Of a stretch of 64,000 bases of DNA, positions 58,752 through 64,000 are shown piece after piece. Position numbers and translations under genes: made by a program. The stretch comes from Okamejei kenojei (Eukaryota). Positions within the stretch are counted from its first letter, which is position 1, and every line of letters begins with the position of its first letter. The stretch lies in contig CM069160.1 in the NCBI GenBank assembly GCA_035221665.1, positions 34,224,001-34,288,000 on the forward strand. The letters run 5' to 3'. The notes beneath the pieces were generated by a model that saw only the letters and a program-made list of their open reading frames with translations, ran no database searches and was not told the origin of the DNA.

Positions 58752-60032
58752 ACATCGATGATAATGGACAGGCAGTGATGGACATATCAGAAGGGATCCG
58801 GAAGTTGGCGCATGTTCCAATACAAAAGTGGAATTCGATTATGGGAACCCAATGGTGGGATTCTATCCTTGGAGGAACATGGTGGAGAACGGTGGGACTT
58901 GTGTTTCTATGTGCAGTGGCTGGACTGATCTTTATCCCCTGTTGTATCCCTTGTTTTAGGGAACTTATTACCAGAAGTATGTCAGATGCAGGCTGTAGTC
59001 ATGCCTATGGGAGAGAAAGGGGAAATACAGAAAATAATGATAATGCGGCCAAGGGAAGTTTATGATTTACAGGAGGAGAAGGTTAGGACGATGTTACGTC
59101 AGTTCGAATTGAAGGAACTTAAAATGAGGGTTTAATCAGTGTATGCGTAGCAAAAGAAAAAGGGAGGATTGTGAGGGATAAAGTGATTAAACTCTATTAA
59201 AGAAAGGAGTTTTAAAGAGAATTCAAACAGAGAGGGGCTGGAGAGAGGATTCTGACACAGCAGTGTCTGAAGGTTCCCAGACCCATCCTTGAGTCCTTGA
59301 GTAAGAAGAGATAGCTTTGTATAGCTAGAGAAGGGGGTGATATAGAGAGATCCCTATCAGTGGAAAGGAGTGATAGATGGGACCCTTGTCACTATAGCTT
59401 AGCTTTAGTACTGATATAGGAAAACTGAGAGGGTTCACTAGGAGGTGAGTAAAACTGGGCCAGGTCATGAGCAATTGAGCATGCTTAATAGAATAAATGA
59501 ATATTACAACACACCCCTGGTCAAGAAATTGCTCATTACCATGAACATGTTTGAACATGCAATGTATGATATGGGAGGTGCGAGGGGATGTACGGTGGGA
59601 GGTACCCACAGAATGTACACCTCCGACCCTGATTGGAGAAAGGTCCAGAGGGGAGATTGAATGTAAGATTTTGTGTATAAAGGGGGATGATCTCTCTGGC
59701 TTCGGTGTGTCTCGAGTTGGAGAGGCACCCGGTCTGCAGACTCGTAAAATAAAGAAATCTCTTGCTTCCAGGATTTAGTCTTTGAGTATTAATTGTGAGC
59801 ATAAAGGGTATCTCACAATGGTATTTCAGTCTCAGTCGTAGAGGAAGACGTCGGGAAATCCTTCAGAGGGGTGAACCCTCGAAAAGCATCTGGACCTGAT
59901 GGGATACCTAGTCGTGTGCGAAAAACCTGTGCGGACCAACTGGCTGGAGTTTTTACGGACATTTTCAACCTGTCACTTCTGAGGTCTGAGGTTCCCACCT
60001 GCTTCAAAAGGGCATCAATAATACCAGTGCCC

Positions 60033-61570
60033 TTATATTTTAAAGGAATTTTAAATATAGGGGATCTTTATAAGGAAAATTCTTTTCTTTCATTTCAAGA
60101 GTTACAACAAACTTACGGGCTTCATAATAATGAATATTTTAGATATTTACAAATCAGAAACTATATCTCTGCAAATACACAAGAATTCAGAAATAGAAAG
60201 AGTGAAATTTTAGATGAATGCTTGAATAAACATCCAAATACAGAAAAAATGATATCATATATTTATAATATATTGTTGGAAAGTGATATTCCATCATCGG
60301 AAACACACAGACAGCTCTGGGAAAATGAATTAGGTCAAATAATAAGTCCAGAAATATGGGAAGAAAGCTTACAACACATACATTACTGCTCGTTAAATAC
60401 TAAACATGCTCTTATACAGTTTAAAATTTTACATAGATTACATTACTCCAAATCTAAATTACATAATATATTTCCAAAATTATCGCCTATATGTGATAAA
60501 TGTCAAATCTCAGAAGCAAATTTGTCACATTCATTCACTAATTGTACGAAGATTGTAGAATATTGGAACGAAATATTTAAGATAATTTCGAATGTTGTTA
60601 ATATTACTATGATTCCTGATCCAAAGTTAATAATACTTGGAATGCTTGAAACGGAACAAATAATTACAAGGAATCAAAGAATTTTTATCGACTACTGTCT
60701 AATAATTGGGAAAAAATTAATACTAAAATTTTGGAAAGGCCCTGCATCCCCAACAATTAAAATGTGGAATACAGAAATGTCGGAGACACTTCACTTGGAG
60801 AGATTGAGACTTGTTCTTATGGATAGGTTAGATCTCTTCAAAGGGATTTGGTCTCCATACATTAGATATTTACAGGGTCATAATGGTTCGGCGCGAGGAC
60901 TTGACTGAGGCCTGAATATCTGAATGGATGAAGAAATACATATAATAAATCATGAATGTATCTCCAAGAACGGATTATTGAGTAATATTCTAATCTCCAC
61001 CAAACTTTTCACATTTTCTTTTCTATTTTCTACTCTCTATCTTTCTATCTTTAAGTAGAAAAAAAAGTATAGAAACACATTATATATATTCTTAATATTA
61101 GCATGAATATAGATATTATTAGTTGTATGAAAATATTATAGATGTCTTATATTTGTAATTATATAAAATTGCGCATTTTCAACTATATAATAATTTTGAA
61201 ATATAAAGTTAATAATAATACAAACACTCTTAATATTATGAAAATATCATGAATATCATAGAAGTTCGGTTAAGATTGTGTATTATGTAGTTATATTAGG
61301 GGGGATGTGTATTTGGTAATCAGAAGAAATATGTATGGTATGAGAAGTATGAGTATATTGCTTATTTTAGGAATATACTACATACACTCCCAATTATACA
61401 AAATAAATAACCAGGAAATGTATAATTGATAACATTACAAATAACACAAACAGTATCAATTTATAATTAATATTATATAATTTTGAATATTATATAATTT
61501 TTAATGCCGCATAAGAGTGTACTCTGTATATGCTGTTTCTATAATAAAAAAAAAAAAATAAAATAATAAT
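60033..61570 (+). mobile_element. 5'-truncated L1/Tx1-clade LINE
   Basis: ORF2 C-terminal FKILHRLHY...CDKC...HSFTNC knuckle, AT-rich 3'UTR, poly(A) tail and 16-bp TSD AATAATACCAGTGCCC (60017-60032 / 61571-61586). Confidence 0.92.
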
Positions 61571-62864
61571 AATAATACCAGTGCCCAAGAAGAGCAAGGT
61601 GACGTGCCTCAATGACTATCGACCTGTGGCACTAACGCCTGTGGTGATGAAGTGCTTTGAGAGGTTGATCATGGCGCAAATCAACTTCTGCCTCGACAAA
61701 AACCTGGACCCACTACAGTTCGCTTACCGCCACAACAGATCAATGGTGGATGCGATCTCGCTGGCTCTCCACTCCGCTCTGGACCACTTGGACAACAAAA
61801 ACTCATATGACTACAGCTCGGCATTTAATACTATCATCCCCTCCAAGCTGGTTACCAAACTCGCAGAACTGGGTCTCTGCGCATCCCTCTGCAATTGGAT
61901 CCTCGACTTCCTCATTCACAGACCGCAGTCTGTTCGTATTGGTCGAAATGTGTCAGACTCGATAACAATCAGCACGGGAGCACCTCAAGGCTGCGTGCTC
62001 AGCCCCCTGCTGTACTCACTCTATACTCATGACTGCGTAGCTGGTCATAGTGCGAACTCCAGAGTATAGAAGAGAGATCGAGCGACTGTCCATATGGTGC
62101 CAGCACAATAACCTGGCCCTCAACACCAGCAAAACCAAGGAACTGATTGTGGACTTTGGAAGGAGTAGGATGGGGACCCACAGTCCTGTTTATATCAACG
62201 GGTCGATGGTTCAAAGGGTCAAGAGCTTCAAATTCCTGGGCGTGCACATCTGTGAAGATCTTTCCTGGTCCGAGAACACAGATGCAATTATTAAGAAAGC
62301 TCATCAGCGCCTCTACTTCCTGAGAAGATTACGGAGAGTCGGTCTGTCAAGGAGGACTCTCTCTAACTTCTACAGGTGCACAGTAGAGAGCTTGCTGACC
62401 GGTTGCATCGTGGCTTGGTTCGGCAACTTGAGCGCCCTGGAGAGGAAAAGACTACAGAAAGTAGTAAACACTGCCCAGTCCATCATCGGCTCTGACCTTC
62501 CTTCCATAGAGGGGATCTATCACAGTCGCTGCCTCAAAAATGCTGGCAGCATCATCAAGGACCCACTACACCCTGGCCACACACTCATCTCCCTGCTACC
62601 TTCTGAAGCCTGAAGACTGCAACGACCTGGTTCACGAATAGCTAATTCCCCACAGCCATCAGGCTATTAAACTTGGCTCGGAAATAACTCTGAACATTAA
62701 TACCCCTGCATCTGTCACCAGCACTTTATCAATTTATTAATTAATGTGTGTATTTACGTATATAATTGTAGTCAATGCCTACTATGTTCTGTTGTGCTGA
62801 AGCAAAGAAAGTATTTCATTGTCCTGTCAGGGACACACAACAATAAACTCTTTTGACTTTGATC

Positions 62865-63838
62865 CCGCCCGCCCGTCACAGACTGAACGTGACCACTGGG
62901 ATTAAACAAATCCCGGTGACCGGCCAGCTCTCCCGAGGTGTCACCGACTGCCGCCCCCTCCCTCCCTGACCCGCTCTCGCTCTCCCGAGCGACCAGACTC
63001 GCCGCTCCGGACCCGGGAACCTACCGGGGCTGGGACCTAGCCGGACCCGGGAACCTACCGGGGCTGGGACCGAGCCGGACCCGGGAACCTACCGGGACTG
63101 GGACCGAGCCGGACCCGGGAACCTACCGGGACTGGGACCGAGCCGGACCCGGGAACCTACCGGGACTGGGACCGAGCCGGACCCGGAAACCTACCGGGGA
63201 TGAGGCCGAGCCGGACCCGGGAACCTACCGGGGCTGGGACCGAGCCGGACCCGGGAACCTACCGGGACTGGGACCGAGCCGGACCCGGGAACCTACCGGG
63301 ACTGGGACCGAGCCGGACCCCGGGAACCTACCGGGACTGGGACCGAGCCGGAACCGGGAACCTACCGGGACAGGGACCGAGCCGGACCCGGGAACCTACC
63401 GGAACTGGGACCGAGCCGGACCCGGAAACCTACCGGGGCTGGGACCGACCGGACCCCGGGAACCTACCGGGACTGGGACCGAGCCGGACCCGGGAACCTA
63501 CCGGGACTGGGACCGTGCCGGACCCCGGGGGCAGTGGGCCGGGCCGGGCCGGGGCAGTGGGGGTTCCCTTTCACCGAATGCCGCCGGCAAACAGGTGAGT
63601 GAGTGATCGCTTTGTCCCAGCGGCTCCGGCGCCGTGAGTTGTCCCGGACCCCGCTCACCTGATCAATCCCCGCCCGGCGCGGCCGCTTCCCCTCCCTCCC
63701 TCCCTCCGGCCGGGACCCTCCTTGTCCCCGGGGGCCGAGTCTGTCACCGGCGCCCAGCAACAGCGCGGAGTAACCGGCGTCAGAGAGAGCGCTTACTTCA
63801 GCCTGGAGTCCGGGAATCCCGCAGGGGAACGGCGGCCG

Positions 63839-63889
<51 letters not shown>

Positions 63890-63900
63890 AGAGGGAGAAA
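62865..63900. promoter_or_regulatory. CpG-island-like region, possible promoter or first exon
   Basis: Very high GC and CpG density, donor-like sites on both strands, and a G run at 63841-63888. Confidence 0.45.
63007..63527. repeat. 34-bp GC-rich minisatellite, about 15 copies
   Basis: Unit CCGGACCCGGGAACCTACCGGGACTGGGACCGAG starting at 63007, 63041, 63075 and so on. Confidence 0.93.
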
Positions 63901-64000
63901 TCCTCCAAAGTTTCATAAAATGGAAGCCAGAATTGGAGGGGTGGAGAAAGTGAAACCGGGTGAGGTTTCCTCAAAGCGGCCCGGAGTCTTGCACAACTCT

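Larger units (their letters stand above)
52605..59817 (+). mobile_element. Class I (gamma-like, HERV-I/ERV3-related) endogenous retrovirus, internally defective
   Basis: 648-bp LTRs at 52605-53252 and 59170-59817 (TG...CA, about 10 mismatches by eye), 4-bp TSD ATGG, PBS-Pro, PPT 59152-59168, and gag, pro, RT, IN and env remnants. Confidence 0.96.
52310..62860 (+). mobile_element. Rex1/Babar LINE interrupted by an ERV and an L1-like fragment
   Basis: The coding frame continues across the ERV (APICCDG|ISVSV...[11 protein letters not shown]) and across the L1 insert (ASIIPVP|[13 protein letters not shown]). The 3'UTR ends AATAAACTCTTTTGACTTTGA. Confidence 0.9.

Noticed and set aside
62938-63606. 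222-aa repeat protein
   Set aside because: The 34-bp unit cycles through all three frames, the start is non-ATG, and GC-rich repeats are open by default.

Overview
This is repeat-dense vertebrate DNA, most likely from a cartilaginous fish such as a skate or ray (inferred from an HE1/V-SINE, CR1 LINEs with (TTCTATG)n tails and the B30.2 type). It is not prokaryotic, and it has two assembly gaps. The one host gene I could reconstruct is a minus-strand butyrophilin-like gene. Its exons are signal peptide (47994-47937), IgV (46078-45731), IgC (41480-41199, with an in-frame TAG), transmembrane (40994-40881), two micro-exons (39963-39931 and 33283-33257) and a B30.2/PRY-SPRY exon (29087-28555). A segmental duplication (<=1-6289 versus about 14383-29342) carries a second intact, diverged B30.2 exon (6026-5494) with no upstream exons. 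Both B30.2 exons have phase-1 acceptors and a phase-1 GTGAGT donor overlapping the stop codon, so alternative or concatenated B30.2 cassettes are possible; this is the most interesting candidate system here. The rest is nested mobile DNA: two DIRS1-type tyrosine-recombinase retroelements (both at ATT), a Gypsy LTR element, a Helitron, an HERV-I/ERV3-like endogenous retrovirus with a near-complete env, a CR1 with an intact ORF2, many CR1 and Rex1/Babar fragments, an L1/Tx1 3' fragment, SINE and Penelope remnants, several minisatellites and a CpG-rich end. All family assignments come from motif recognition by eye, with no database search.
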